From: Antedon mediterranea
Taxonomy: Eukaryota > Animalia > Echinodermata
Length of the DNA stretch: 64,000 nucleotides
Direction: 5' to 3'
Assembly: GCF_964355755.1 (NCBI RefSeq)
Contig: NC_092680.1
Span: 5,084,001 to 5,148,000, forward strand
The notes beneath the pieces were generated by a model. It made no database searches and was not told where the DNA came from. It was given only the letters and a program-made list of their open reading frames with translations. Below, in pieces: positions 29,247-42,253 of the stretch (positions are counted from its first letter, which is position 1; every line of letters begins with the position of its first letter). A program made the translations under genes and the position numbers.

Positions 29247-29377
29247 CCTGTTTGGTTTGCATTTTGGAAGACGTTAGGATGCTGTGGGCATGCACTGCAA
29301 TTTGCACTGGTTTTACTACGTCTTCTGTGCCATCTCTTCCATCTTTTAACAGATCTTATCTTCAATCTATTCTCCAT
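29247..29377 (-). CDS. Candidate alternative first coding exon (MENRLKIRSVKRWKRWHRRRSKTSANCSACPQHPNVFQNANQTG)
   Basis: Open from ATG to a GG|GTAAGG donor, 131 nt (phase 2); in frame with exon 24385-24453. Confidence 0.55.
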
Positions 29378-30628
29378 TCATTACCTTAAGATTGATAAAC
29401 ACTTTTAACACAATTTATTCTCAAAATTAGGTACTAATTATAACATCTTATTAATTAATGCCTATTTATGATATAATAATTCATCTAGGTTTATTGCCTA
29501 TTTAGTTTATTTGTTTATCTTAAATTAATTATCTACAGAGTACTATCTATCACTCAATAATAAAATATGCTTATTTATTCAATGTACATCATGCAAATCA
29601 AAGTCACACATATCTGGCATGAGACTCACGCTTTCTCATTCAAAGTCTCTCACGCCACACACTTAAAATCTCACGCTTTTTCGTCAATCTCTTTAAAACA
29701 TACTGACATTCTGTTGTTTATCATTTCTAGAATTACTGATCCTTAGGACAAAAAGAAGGCCGCAAAGTTTCGTCCCAATTTAGTGCAAACAAAAATTGAG
29801 GGTTGGGATCATAATTTGGAAATCTCAAGCCAACAGCAACCTGTAAATATGATAAAAAACTATACCTCACTGTGCATGTTCTTTTATACATGATTATACT
29901 TTTTATTTAAAATATTGTTGGTTGTACAAGTACTGTATAAATAAAAACAGATATTACTTAGATAAAGTTGCAACAAGCTAGGACTTATGACTTATGACGA
30001 GGTACTTTTCGCATACGTTTGGTTTGAACATTTTTATCAATTCGTCGGACCCAATGTTGTCGGTTCTACAGTACAGTACAGTAGGTCCAGATGGAAACCT
30101 TAGAATCACATGCATACGCAGTAAATAAGCTTCATATTGTTTGACAGTGCATATATTGTATAGTTCTAAAAAGTTACATAAATTCAGGAAATATTATATG
30201 ATGGACAAAAAAATCTATCAAACTGTTAGCAAATGCTTAACACACACCCACACGGCGAATATAAATGAGGTAGTTTGTCTAAACAGAAATGCTCACAAGC
30301 ATTATACAGCAGTTGCAGGAGAGATTTACTTCGTAAACCAATATTCATAAGATTATTTTTTTGTGCAAGTGTTTATAATAAATGGACGACTTACTTTTTA
30401 AAATCTATAATTTTTTGTATACAGTATTTAAATCTATATTTTGTGTATTTTAAAAAACGTGTTTATTGGTACACAACAAAAAAACTTAATTAAAAATGAA
30501 TAAATATATGGATGACAATGTTGCCTTCACAGATACAAAACAAAAGAGCTGAAATACATTTTAGCCGATTGTTTGAATTTACATACTGGACTAGACTTTA
30601 CCAAAAAAAAATTGAAAGAATGAATAAT

Positions 30629-30984
30629 TATAGAGTATCACGGTGCTGACGTCACGGCAGTAGGTGGCGCTGCGTGGTTGCTAGCGCACCCAAAAATGCG
30701 TTCAACCTGCCTGAGTGACTCCAAGGTAACCAATGGCTTGGAATAGGCTTATTGAAGTAGTCATTTTAAAACTTAATAATTTTCAATAAAAACAAACTAA
30801 AATTTCAAAAGATCACTGAATATTACTACAGTTTAAGTTTTAAAAAATCAAGCTAAGATACATAATTTGATAGAAATACAGATCTTTACTGTTTATCAAC
30901 ATAGTAGCGTTGAACGATTTTTTGGTTGGCTAGCAACCATGCAGCGCTCTCTATCGTTGTGATGTCACACCTTGATACTCTATA
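30629..30984. mobile_element. MITE with about 80-bp imperfect TIRs (TATAGAGTATCA...TGATACTCTATA)
   Basis: The left arm matches the reverse complement of the right arm over about 78 bp. Confidence 0.75.
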
Positions 30985-32853
30985 ATAAACTATTTTTGAT
31001 GCATCAATTTTATTAAAATATGAATAACAAACATGATGGTTATCCCATTACAAACTCAGTTGATAGAAAACAAAGTGTGCTGTGTTCTTAAAAGTAGCCT
31101 GTTAGTTGCTATAGTAATTACAAATCAATTCTACCATATGCGTGTGTTTACATTGTAATTAAGGAATATGATATCTCTGAATTTAAAATAGTTCTATTAA
31201 AAATTTGCCGTTGATTCGTACAGTACCTAGAACTGTAATATAAGATGTAATTATAATCACATCCATTAAAATTGATTAAAATTCTGTCCAGGGGCTTGTT
31301 TTTAGAAGCAAACAATTTGCTTACAGTTTTGTTTTTTGTTAAAAATGTTATTGAAAAAGAACATTAGGAGTAACAGTAAGACATTTGCAATGTATTTAAG
31401 AGTTTTTTGTTACTTAACTTTTACATTGAATAAAAGTTTAAATACACTGTTGAATCACCTTGTAGTCCATATTGTATTAGTGTATCTTTTTTACAACTCT
31501 TTACTTGTTTATCTTAATTTTTACTTATATATATATATTGTGTATGTCATTGTATCTTTATTTGAGAGATTGTGCCTGTCATCAATTTCCCAATAAATCT
31601 GAATCTTTTACATAAAACTTATTGCATCTATATAATATTTTATCTAGCTCAGCATGGTAAAGTAAATGTAACCACACAATTTAATAAAAAAAATTGTAGT
31701 AATTAAAAAAAAAACAAACATCTTGATCATCCACCAACATTTGAGTATGTAGAGAAAGAAGTCAGAGAGACATCAGCTGCTGAAAGAGCCAATGTACAGT
31801 GTATATACTGTAGATTACATAACCCCAATAGATTTACAGTACATTACCGAGAATAAGCACAAATATAAAAACTGAGCGATTCCATATATTATTAAAAAAC
31901 TGAATGCCTCTTGTTAATAATTGTGAAATATGACCACCTACAGTACTGCACATGTTAAAAATAATCAATTGAAGAGCAGTGCAGATAACTTAATTTTTAT
32001 ATAGTATTATATTTTATTATTCCTATTTTTTAACATTGTAATTGTATTTTTCAAAGTTTTTTTGCAATATAGTTATATTTTTTATAGATGTTTTGTTTAT
32101 TGTAATGCAAACTTTTGTAGTTGTGTGCTATTGTTTTGTACTTTTTATATACCATATTAAATTAATAGAACTATCATTCCTCAAAAAAATGTTGGAAGAA
32201 TGATTACTACAGTTATATAATGAAAATACAGTATTTCAGGTAATTGTACAGTGTTAGCATTGTATACAAAATGATGTTCTTATACTGATTATGATAATTC
32301 ACATGGTAACATTAAATCTTAATGGATTAGGCCGTGACAATGTAATTTAAAATCTATACATGTTATACTTTAAAAGGTCTTCCTTATTTAATATGTCAAT
32401 GGGCGTCTTGGGGTATTGTATGTTTATACAAAATGTGTTGTACATTAATACAAAATGTGTTGTACATTAATACAAAAACAATCTTTAAAAGGTACAGTTG
32501 TTAAATACATTGTCGCTTATATAAAGTTTGCGATCACCAGGTATATTTAGTTCTGAAAAGAACTGTTGAGTTTCCCTATTAAATTCTATTAATTTAATTT
32601 CTTAAGTTAATTAAATTTCTTTAAATTAACCTAAATTCTCATCATTGCAATGCTTTTGGGTGTAAGTCACCAATAAAATAGAACAAACATCCCTTTTTTA
32701 TGTCAAAATGCTTCCTTGTCTAATTAATGTTATCTAATTAATGTTAATTAGTAACCGCTAGTTAATTAATAAGATTAAATATATAATTTTTAGTGATCTA
32801 TTAATAGTTTTTAGTTTTAGGTATTTGAAAGGAAATATACAGATATCTTTTTA

Positions 32854-33010
32854 TTACACTGATGAAGTGCTACAGTAATATTGCCTGAAAGCTCTGCTAA
32901 TTTTTCTAGCTGTTTACCTTATTTTGATTTAGGTTTTTGCTTATTTTATTTTGTATCTCCATTGAGATCCAGCCAATAAACCCACAGCATTGCCATCTTT
33001 TCAGTAATTC
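32854..33010 (+). mobile_element. Penelope-like element terminal repeat with a minimal hammerhead ribozyme motif
   Basis: CTGATGA (32859)-stem II-GAAA-GC-TC (32887-32894) with a palindromic AGCT stem III. An inverted sister copy at 16946-17086 has lost stem II. Confidence 0.65.
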
Positions 33011-34489
33011 ACCTTTCGATTTCTTATTCCACAAATACTTTTATATCAAATAAATAGCATTTAAGGTATAAACTTAAAGCTAATGTGATTTGTAAAAAAC
33101 TATTTTTTCTTCAAAGTTTTCTGAGAGTGTATATATACAATTATAGTCAGGCCAAAACCAGACAAAAAACATAAATCATAGGTATCTCAATAAATTTACA
33201 TTATTCCTTTGTGAACTATACTCATTGTATATTATTAGTAAATCATAGGAAATGATACTAATGAAATATCAATTAGTGAATTAATATTGAATTCATTCAT
33301 TGGTAAACTCTAACCACCTCACAATCATCTCACAATTTTCAACCAATCAAAGTGCAGTATTATATAAGATGTGTGAAAGGCTCATACAATAATGGAATCA
33401 CCCGCATAGGATTATTATGATTTCAATAAATGTGTAAAACCGTATTTAAATACTTTACTGTTGTCATGATCATTCTAAAAATAGGTTAGAGTTTAAATGT
33501 TTAACAATTATTTTTTATATAATAAATTAGTTACTGTAACATATGGTTGGAATTTTCCATATTATTAATGCAAATTTTCTATTTTTTATCGGCTTCCACA
33601 AACAATTATTCACTTAAAATATGAACCACCAAAAATGTATAAATAAATTGTTTTTATAGATTTAAAAAACAATTCTATTTAAACTAAAAGGTAAATTAAA
33701 TGTAAGAATTTACAAACTGAATTCTGATTTCCAATCAAATATAAAACATTTCCTTCAATTTTTCTAAAAAGACAAATATGAGTTCTTACTTTTTCTCAGC
33801 TTTAGTTTGAAAAAAAAATAAATTTACTATTAATTTTATATCACTACTCCTAGAAAATGATATGAAAATAGGAATTACTGGAATTGAAATATTAAATTCA
33901 CTTATGGTGGTCATACAACCACCTCAGGATTTTCAACCAATCACAATGCAGTATTATATATGGTGAGGGAAAAGCTACAATAATGGAATCATCCATGTGA
34001 AAATTTAGCCATTCCTGACAGCATGGAATTCTGCTTCACAAAAAACATATCAAACGAACTATTTTTAGTAAACATCAAAATAGGCCTTTATATTGTTTTG
34101 TATACAGTATCTAGTATTGATATAGTTTTATTTTTATTGCGAAGGAAGAATACGGTAAATTATGATTATTGCTTTTCTATATGAGTAATGAGGCAAGCAG
34201 CCAGTCTGTTTATATTAGCACAGACATAGCCAGAATCAATCATTTATATTGTCAAATTGATGGAACGGAAATTGAAAATAATATTATGTTTACATCATAT
34301 AATTTCAAAATATGTTTTTCTTATGGGCTAGATATAAGAGTCATACTTATAATCATTTGCCGCATACACCGAAAACTCAAATGAAATATAATAAATATAT
34401 TGCATGTGATTATTAGCTAATACTGTAGGCCCAACAAAGGAATCAAGCAACTCCTTGTGGGGATGTTAAGGTGCTGTCCGAATGCTTAC

Positions 34490-34545
34490 GGTTGTGTTTT
34501 CTCATGGAGTAAACTCCATGGTTTTCTCCGTTCCTTTCCTCTCAT
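34490..34545 (-). CDS. Weak candidate alternative first exon (MRGKERRKPWSLLHEKTQP)
   Basis: ATG to CC|GTAAGC donor, 56 nt (phase 2). Contains an 18-bp hairpin insertion, so its status is uncertain. Confidence 0.3.
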
Positions 34546-35899
34546 GCATCTCCCTGTACTTTAACATATTCTTGTTGAATCACATCCAGTTATACGAAAA
34601 TTAATGTATTATTAAATAGTTAATGTCCTGTCAAAAAGTTATCAGGTTAAAACCTGTACTGTACTCGTGGCTACAGGTTGTTTCATAGGTGCCATAAGCT
34701 ATATAAAATCAAATTTTTATGATCAAACATGGTCTTTGAAACTACAGTACTGTTGGAAAGCACATACAAAAATCATTCATCTAATATAATAGTCTTATTT
34801 ATTATTAATAAATAAGTATAATTAAAAAAGTACACTCCCTACAGTATGTGGCATATTTTATGTGAAAAGAAGGGGCTAAAAGTAAACAACCTCCCAGAGT
34901 GATTTTCCACAATAGGAGACCACTGCTATAATAGGACTTCAATTGTTATTCAGTGAACATATCATTGATTACAAGTGTTATTATATAAGCTGAATACAAT
35001 ATACTGAAACTTAAATAGAAAAGGTTTGGAATTCTCAAATAAAACCCATCCGCCTTCAGTTCTATTTCCACTGAATCACAACGTTTTTAAAGCCAAAATC
35101 GGCAAATATTTTAAAAAAAACACAGACTTCTATCAAATATAACAAACTATAAAAGAAACAGAATCATTAGTAGTCACAGTAAATTAGTTTGTTGAATGAG
35201 CATAACTTTTTGCACCTGCAGCTCTGCCTAAAAAGATCATGTAACTTTTAACGATTAAAAGATGATTTGATTTCCCACTAGGTGTTTGCGGCAATTTTAC
35301 CCAAAGATCCAATGACAACATACTGTACAGGGTAGGAGACTTACAAACTACAATATGCTTTTAAAATTAAAGTCTAATGTATAACACTGAGTATTTAGAA
35401 CCAAGAGGAAAATTAGTTAAAGAGCCAACTGAGACAAGTTTTATTTCTAGGTTGATCCTCATTTTACGCTTTGTATTATTTGTATGGCATTTGATAAAAT
35501 AAATGTTTGTTAAATTGAATAGTGGGTGAGATTATATTGGATTGCATTAAAAATAAAATTTACCAAAGTCTTGTGTCCAAATTTAGCATAGATTACCAGA
35601 TGGGATTATTATACAATATTGTATACATCGACGTCTTATTTCATCAAAACTAATCTTGTAAAGATGAATTATTAATTTACTGGAAACAAGGGTTTAATAG
35701 ATGAATGTTATTTTCATTATGTTTCTGCTGTATTATTATTAGACACAAATCAACATCCTGGTTCTTCCTTATGTTAGCATGATTTCAGAGTCACGTTCAA
35801 CATAATCGGGGTATTATATAATATTTAGTTGGATTATATCAAACAAAACGTATGCAATTGTATACAGACTTTTTTTTATATATACTTGCCAACATGATT

Positions 35900-36330
35900 A
35901 TCAGCTTGACATTGAATTTACCATTATTTTACATGTATTGTTGTTTGTAGGATTAACTAGATAGGACCGGTAGATCCGACGCCAAGTTGAGCATGGCCAG
36001 GTCATATGCTCATCTTTATTGAGTATGGGGGATACAGTATAGGCTACTTTTACACTATCATCACAGACGGCAAATTTTGTTTTTTCTTGGCAAGTTTGAA
36101 TGTTCTTTGGCCGCCTGCTCAACTTGACAACGATGTGTACCGTGTGCACGGCAAGAACCTATAGTACATCTTTAGACACGAGTAGAGGTTTACCACAGCC
36201 ACTCTCACACACAGCCACTATACCTTCTAGTTTGGTAATAATCAATTTGTTGATTGGGGAACTTAAGACGATAAAGATGCGGTACAAGATCATAATGTCA
36301 ATATTACTATCTATATTCTATAGATTGATT
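35900..36330 (-). pseudogene. Possible decayed LINE reverse transcriptase fragment
   Basis: RVAVVN... followed by KFAVCDDS, resembling the RVVVNG...FADD RT motifs; frameshifted. Confidence 0.3.
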
Positions 36331-38029
36331 CACACTTAATCAGACTATACCTGACAATAAAGTGCACTAACCTAATACTAAAAGATAATATGCAGTCAAA
36401 CAACAGACAAATAATAATATAATAGGTACCTGGGCAGGCTAGCTGCCAGTTGATTAGGAACTGCCAGACTTCTAGTAGATGGACTCATTAGAACTGAGGT
36501 TGTGCAAACTAAGAGTGTTTATTTTCTCCATAATAATGCCCTGCTCAATGTACATATTCTTTAAAGTTTGTGTATGCTGTTCTATACAGTGTATGCTGGA
36601 TTACTAGACCTGAACAAAAATTGGGCTCTTCCATTTAAACAGAGGTCATTAAGTTACAAGCAACAAATATAAAATAAGAAATACAGCTTGTTTAAGCAAT
36701 TACATATTTTACTAATAATGCTGATCCTTATAATTATTTTTAAATTTAATTTTCTTTATATGAATGTCAATGCATAAGCATATTTATTACGATAATTTAT
36801 ACTACTGCAAACACTAATTAAATTAGATCCCCTACATCAATAATGGTACACTCTAGCAATGTCATGATTATATTTTACAGAATTCTCTACAGAAACGGTG
36901 TTGCTTTTCTTATGCAAATTCTACATCAATAGTGGTGTGTGATCTTGTATGGAGGTATACAAGCTGTGCAACACAGCGAAATCAGATATACAGGTATTGA
37001 TTCCCCTTGGCGATATCAAACCAACTGGAATGAAAATTACCCCAAAATGTGTTTCCGTCCACTTTTATTAGTGAGTGATCAGCTAAATTTCCAAAGCATA
37101 CAGAAATAACCATAGCAACAGTTGAGTGGGATTAAATTGAGGGCCACGGAACCTGTTGTTCTATATCCTGTTTATTGATGAATTAAAAACATTTCAATAA
37201 TCACTGTAAACTGCCATATTTATAATAATCTATTAAAAAATTTCTTTAATAAAGTACATTCAATACAATACAAAGGCAGACATTCCGACACCTTGTCATT
37301 CAAAAGCAGGGCATATACAATTAACATTCTGAAAAATGGGATATTGTAAAACTCAATTATTGCATACAGTGCCTAAAAGGGTGGGATGCACAATTTCAAT
37401 GTATTTTTTTTTCATTCAATGATTCCAAGAAAATAAAGTTCACATGAAGTTCAGAAAATATAAAAAAAAAAAATTTTTCTTATCTTTATTATTTAGAAAT
37501 TATTAATTTCAATATAATAATAGATTGTTATTCTTTTCATTTATTAAAAAATAAAATTATGCTACTAATAGTATTATGATACTAAGTGTTAATAAAATTG
37601 TAATTATAAAATACATTACTAATTAAGCCTATTTTAATTAAAAACCCTATTTACTAAGTTTTACAAATTATGAACACACTAGCATTATTTGTATATTTTG
37701 AACTTCTACTATTCAAAACAATATTGATTGAAATTAAGCTAAGTACACTACTTGTACCGACTACTACGTGTACCAGAATGATTAATATTGTAGAGGGCAG
37801 CAAACATCTTCAGAAGAATAGCAGAACATGATTGTAAAGTAATAGACCAGTGGCCTTATTCACCGATTCCCAATGAGATTTCACTTAAAATACAGTATTT
37901 CACAGTAAATATATAAGTCCCTAATCCTGCATAACCAAATAACTATAAGTCCTTAAAGTTGCCACCTTCAACAAGCTGAAGAATTTGCAACTATATGTGG
38001 CTGTCTGTGACAGTGGCTGTATGAACATT

Positions 38030-38215
38030 GGGGTAAGCGGCTGGCCCATCAACTCATCCCAAAGATTGTACTAAGTTCTTGGTGCACAGAAGCATTTTGT
38101 GTACACTGGACCTACGGTTTATATAGTCCTTATCCGAGAAGACTCCACAACTATGGAGCAAGCCAGACTTGAACCCTTGCTGACATTATGGATGTCTTAA
38201 CCGCTCAGCCCCTCA
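38030..38215 (-). mobile_element. SINE fragment with a Meta-like central domain
   Basis: Reverse complement reads AGTCTTCTCGGATAAGGACTATATAAACCGTAGGTCC, preceded by degenerate A/B boxes. A related decayed copy lies at about 2140-2295. Confidence 0.5.
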
Positions 38216-38342
38216 CGTCTCATTTTAGTATTTGTAATTGGTTGTAAATAATACCACAATTTTAAAAAACACAAAAAAAAAAAGTAGTTTTCAAATAGTT
38301 AACCCAAAGTGACATTCTACTGAGAGAGAATGGATCAAGTTA

Positions 38343-38437
38343 CAGTAGAATCACCTTTTGGGACATTCATGGGAACCCGTATAACAGACACTTGGTTGTT
38401 GGGCCTTGAAGGTGTCCCCTTAATAGGGATTCTACTA
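38343..38437. mobile_element. Tc1/mariner-type MITE family F (TA-CAGTAGAA ends, GGTGTCCCCTTAATAGGG motif)
   Basis: CAGTAGAATC...GATTCTACT ends flanked by TA. Related copies at 43333-43421, 56919-56982, about 23374-23525 and about 57715-57865. Confidence 0.7.
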
Positions 38438-39403
38438 TAATTTATTGATGCACCATTTAATCTTCTGTTTTATATTATAATAAATAATCTAAACTGTAAT
38501 AAAATGTTAAAACCCAATAGTAGTAAACCTATAGGTCTATAACAGTTAGTTTTCAAACACCTTGGCTTAAAGTAGGCATAATGGCAGAAACCAGTTCCAA
38601 ATTAGTAGCAGTGTTAATAAAGTCTTTCAACTCTCTCAAAGAAAAATCCCTAAAAACTAGAGCCTTTTCTTTAAAACCAAGGTTCTACAGGTCCATAACG
38701 TCTCAAATATCATTTCTAAAATCATTCTGAAAAACAAACATCCTAGAAAGTCAGTCATTTTGGGCCAGTGAGCTGAGACCAACTGGTAGAGCTGACAGTA
38801 CCATACCATTAATATAGATATTAGTATATGCAAAACCACACAGATAAAACATCGATTACTGTACCTTGTATCATCATATAGAAACAGAGACATGTTTCTG
38901 TAGTATATCACCAAACTTGCTAGCTACCTAAACATTTAAAGAACATTGCATAGTCTGTTATGCACCTACAGAGTATGCCTCAATGAATGTATTGATCTGG
39001 AACAAATGAACAATAGGGATTAGCAACAGTGTCTAGTACACCTCTTTCTGGAAAATACCTTATGTCATTGTATTGTATATGCAGAAGTGCATTAACCTTT
39101 ATAGTGCTATGCTATTGTACCTGCTTTATTTATTTTTTGTTGGGGGTGGGGGAAAGGTGAATGTGTTTAATCTTCTTACATAAAACACATTTTCATCAAG
39201 AAATAGGTTGTTTAACAAACCCCATACACTGCACAGTATGTCCTTCTGTAATATTGTAAATGTAATGGATGTCAAAAACTTTATAATTTATATCGATTTT
39301 GACATACAGATATACTATTGTTGTAATTGGTATGTTTGTATGTATTAACTATTACTGTATGACAGACCTTTATATTTCAAGTTACCATTGTGTTTTTATC
39401 TAA

Positions 39404-39538
39404 AGCTCTGTCTACACTATCAAAGTTTATGTGACACAAAAATGTGATGTACCCATGTGGACATGATGATGTCACTACCATATTTAGGCATATCACTACC
39501 ATATTTGGGCAAAACACACTTTTTTTGTAGACAGAGCT
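39404..39538. mobile_element. MITE family A copy
   Basis: TIRs AGCTCTGTCTAC / GTAGACAGAGCT flanked by TAA and TTA. Confidence 0.85.
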
Positions 39539-39799
39539 TTATAATACCAAATTTTTAATAAATAAAATTTCTAAAACTAAAAAAAGAACATACATTCAAA
39601 AAGAAAAAAAATCTTGTTTGTAACCAACATAAAGAAAAACCACAACAAATATAATCCCATACTGAAGTATAATCCCACCCCTTAACTTAGGCCAAATATG
39701 GACATGATACTTCTGTAAAGTCCATTTTAATTTAGCAATTTTCATACTCAGAATCCATGGGAATATACTTGGTTTATATGAGCTTTAAAAAATACCTAC

Positions 39800-40737
39800 A
39801 TCTTATTGTCCAACATCATCATAATTGCGACAGTGTTGTTAGCGAGGAAGCTTGCGACATGCGTCCCATATCGGAATCTATCGGCCTCGGCTTCCTCACT
39901 GAACTTAACCATCTCCTTCTCCGTAAAAACTTTCTCCAAATCATCATCAATAACAATAGTTTCTTGATCGAGTGAATCATCACGTTCTACTGTTGACCCA
40001 GTTACGACCTTTGGATCAGTTGTTTTTTCATTTAACGCAATCACCTTTGATTCTTGGTCCGTGGTGAGTGATTGGTCAGCATCGTTTGCTTCAACTAAAA
40101 TGGTTTCGTTATCAATTACCGCTTTGCATGTTAGCATACTGTTACTATTACTGTCCAATATGTGTAAAGTGCTTTCAGATAAATGTTTTTCTGCAAGCTT
40201 TTTGCTGCACTCTGCATCAACGTTTGGCCGCAAATCGACGTTAAGTGCCTCATCACAGACTTTTCGTGACAAATCACTAGTTAATGGATCTTTATTTTCA
40301 CATTTTAAACTAACTTGAAAATTGTTTGTATCTGGAATCAACTCGGGTCCATTAATTAACGTATTCGATTCAGTTACATTATTACGATTTTTATCCTGCG
40401 CGATACTTTGCGTAGCGTCCGTTATAAGTTCTGGTAAATTTGTGTTAGCTCCCTTGTTGTAGAGTTCAGCACATATTTCCGGATTCATAAACAAAAGCCC
40501 CGGAATTGCGTGAGGTTCATGAGATTTCGTAGCGTTTGATATTACACTACAGCCTCGCATTATTCTCATGGAAGAGGTGCTGCGAGGAAATGATGCGATC
40601 AGTTTACAGCAAGTGTATTGATCATTGATATTAGGATCATAGTCATTTTTAATGTGGGATTCTGCGATCATAGAATTGAAAATACTGGATGAAGATGTTG
40701 TATCATCGTCACTAACTTGCATCCACAGATAAGGCAT
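39800..40737 (-). CDS. Large acidic, low-complexity N-terminal coding exon (312 aa), probably of a long isoform of the GRAM gene
   Basis: 313-aa ORF 39796-40737. Acceptor ttatttcag immediately upstream of 40770, open to the ATG. An AT|GTAGGT donor just before the in-frame TAG gives phase 2, matching the downstream exons. Confidence 0.75.
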
Positions 40738-40955
40738 GGCTTCAACAGTTAACTTTATGCAAAGATGATTCTGAAATAAAAATATAGTTTAATCAAAGAT
40801 TTGTTTGTTCTTTATTACAAAACTGATAAACAGTTTTGACATTATATTTTACTGTCATTTGCTACTATACTGGGTAGGGGTGGAACACATGGTTATAGGA
40901 GTTCAGTTCCTGTTTGCGTTTAATTCTTACTAAATTACTTGGTGGTCTTTGTTAA

Positions 40956-41134
40956 AGCGTGGTTCCCACTAGAATGTAACGCAAGGACGTAAACGCAACA
41001 CAAGCAAATTGACCAATCACAAGCGATGGCTTATTCGCTTGTGATTGCTAACTGTCTATAACTTCGCTTTTCATTGGTTAAAACGCTTGCGTTGCGTTTA
41101 CGTCCTTGCGTTACGTTCTAGTGGGAACCAAGCT
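40956..41134. mobile_element. MITE family C copy
   Basis: Reverse-complement match to 19042-19220. Confidence 0.85.
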
Positions 41135-41674
41135 TACATGCTTTTCTTGACAATAAAAAACAAGAATAAGAACATTTACAATCATAAACATATCATTTAT
41201 GTTGCAAGATGAATTCGTGCAATGATCAATGGCGTAACTCAGAGGGCCCTGGTTTAGGAACTTTAAGTGGCCCTCAAATGCTTAAGGCCTCGGACGTTTT
41301 TAACTTTTTTTAGACATATTTTAATGCCTGTTTTTTTCTCTGGACACTGCTCAGGGGCCCCATAAGCTCCAGGGCCCATGTGTTTAGTCAGAGAGCGCTC
41401 ATAGCCATTACGCCCTGAGTCTATACTCTTTTTGAATATTTTCAATTCAAAAAATTAATTAATAAAAATAAGTTTTAATTTCAAAAGGTGTAGGCCCTTT
41501 TCTGAATCTACGACATAAACCTTTCCATAGAAAATTCTCTTTTTTTGTGTACAATTCATCCATTCAATCAAACAAACAAAAATTAATAAAATATAATATA
41601 TGTATTAATTTACTAATAGACATTGTGACCCCATCATATCAGAGTTTTTAAGTTAAATCTTTTATTTAATATAA

Positions 41675-42018
41675 GGGTATGTTCAGGCTCACGGCGTTAA
41701 TGTGGCGTTTAAACGGCGTACATATTTTTGTGTCTGAACTACAGTAGGCCGCGGATTATAGTTAGGTAGCTTTTACGCCGTGTCAGTGGCGTTAATAACC
41801 CTAGCAGTAGAGGGTAGATTAATAACGCTACAGTAATCCAGTGATGTATCAGTAACCAATGAAAAGACAGGACCTCGGTTAGCAGGCCAACAGCATACCT
41901 ATACAACGAGATAGCTAAACATCAAACTATCTGGTTTTAAAGAACAGTACAGTTGGCGTCAGCGATATGATATTTTATATTACAGATTACTGCACGCCTT
42001 GCGTTAGATAACATACCC
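41675..42018. mobile_element. Harbinger-type MITE
   Basis: GGGTATGTT...AACATACCC ends with TAA duplication; the left end resembles the 12529 element. Confidence 0.6.
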
Positions 42019-42253
42019 TAACTTGCATAGATTGTTCAGGCATCCTCTTGGGTATTTCATGTTTATTGTATTATCACTTAATCTTTAAAATGGTTCCATG
42101 ATGGGCACACAATGACAACCTCCTTAATATGCCATTAAATCATAGTTTAAACTACATTAATACGGCAAACATATGTTTGTTTATAATAACATCAACATTA
42201 TACACAACATAGGCTACAATATATAAAAAAAAAGCAACACAAATAAATTTTAA

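Larger units (their letters stand above)
459..40770 (-). other. GRAMD2B: Multi-exon gene for a GRAM-domain protein (GRAMD2B/GRAMD3-like); 3' part continues beyond the left edge of the window
   Basis: Chain of GT-AG exons with consistent phases (39800-40770, 24385-24453, 21390-21518, 4752-4812, 4199-4277, 1872-1975, 1378-1473, 459-545). It translates to a PH-GRAM domain: FHKHFPDIPVDEIVINSYSCAYVKDILLQGRLYVSKNWLCFHSNIFGFETR...TALIVPNAI...YVFGSLMSRSATYKLI. The C-terminal half resembles GRAMD2 more than GRAMD1 from memory; orthology was not tested. Confidence 0.85.

Noticed and set aside
40061-40318. Plus-strand ORFs overlapping the large exon (also 39757-39975)
   Set aside because: Antisense shadows of the minus-strand coding exon.
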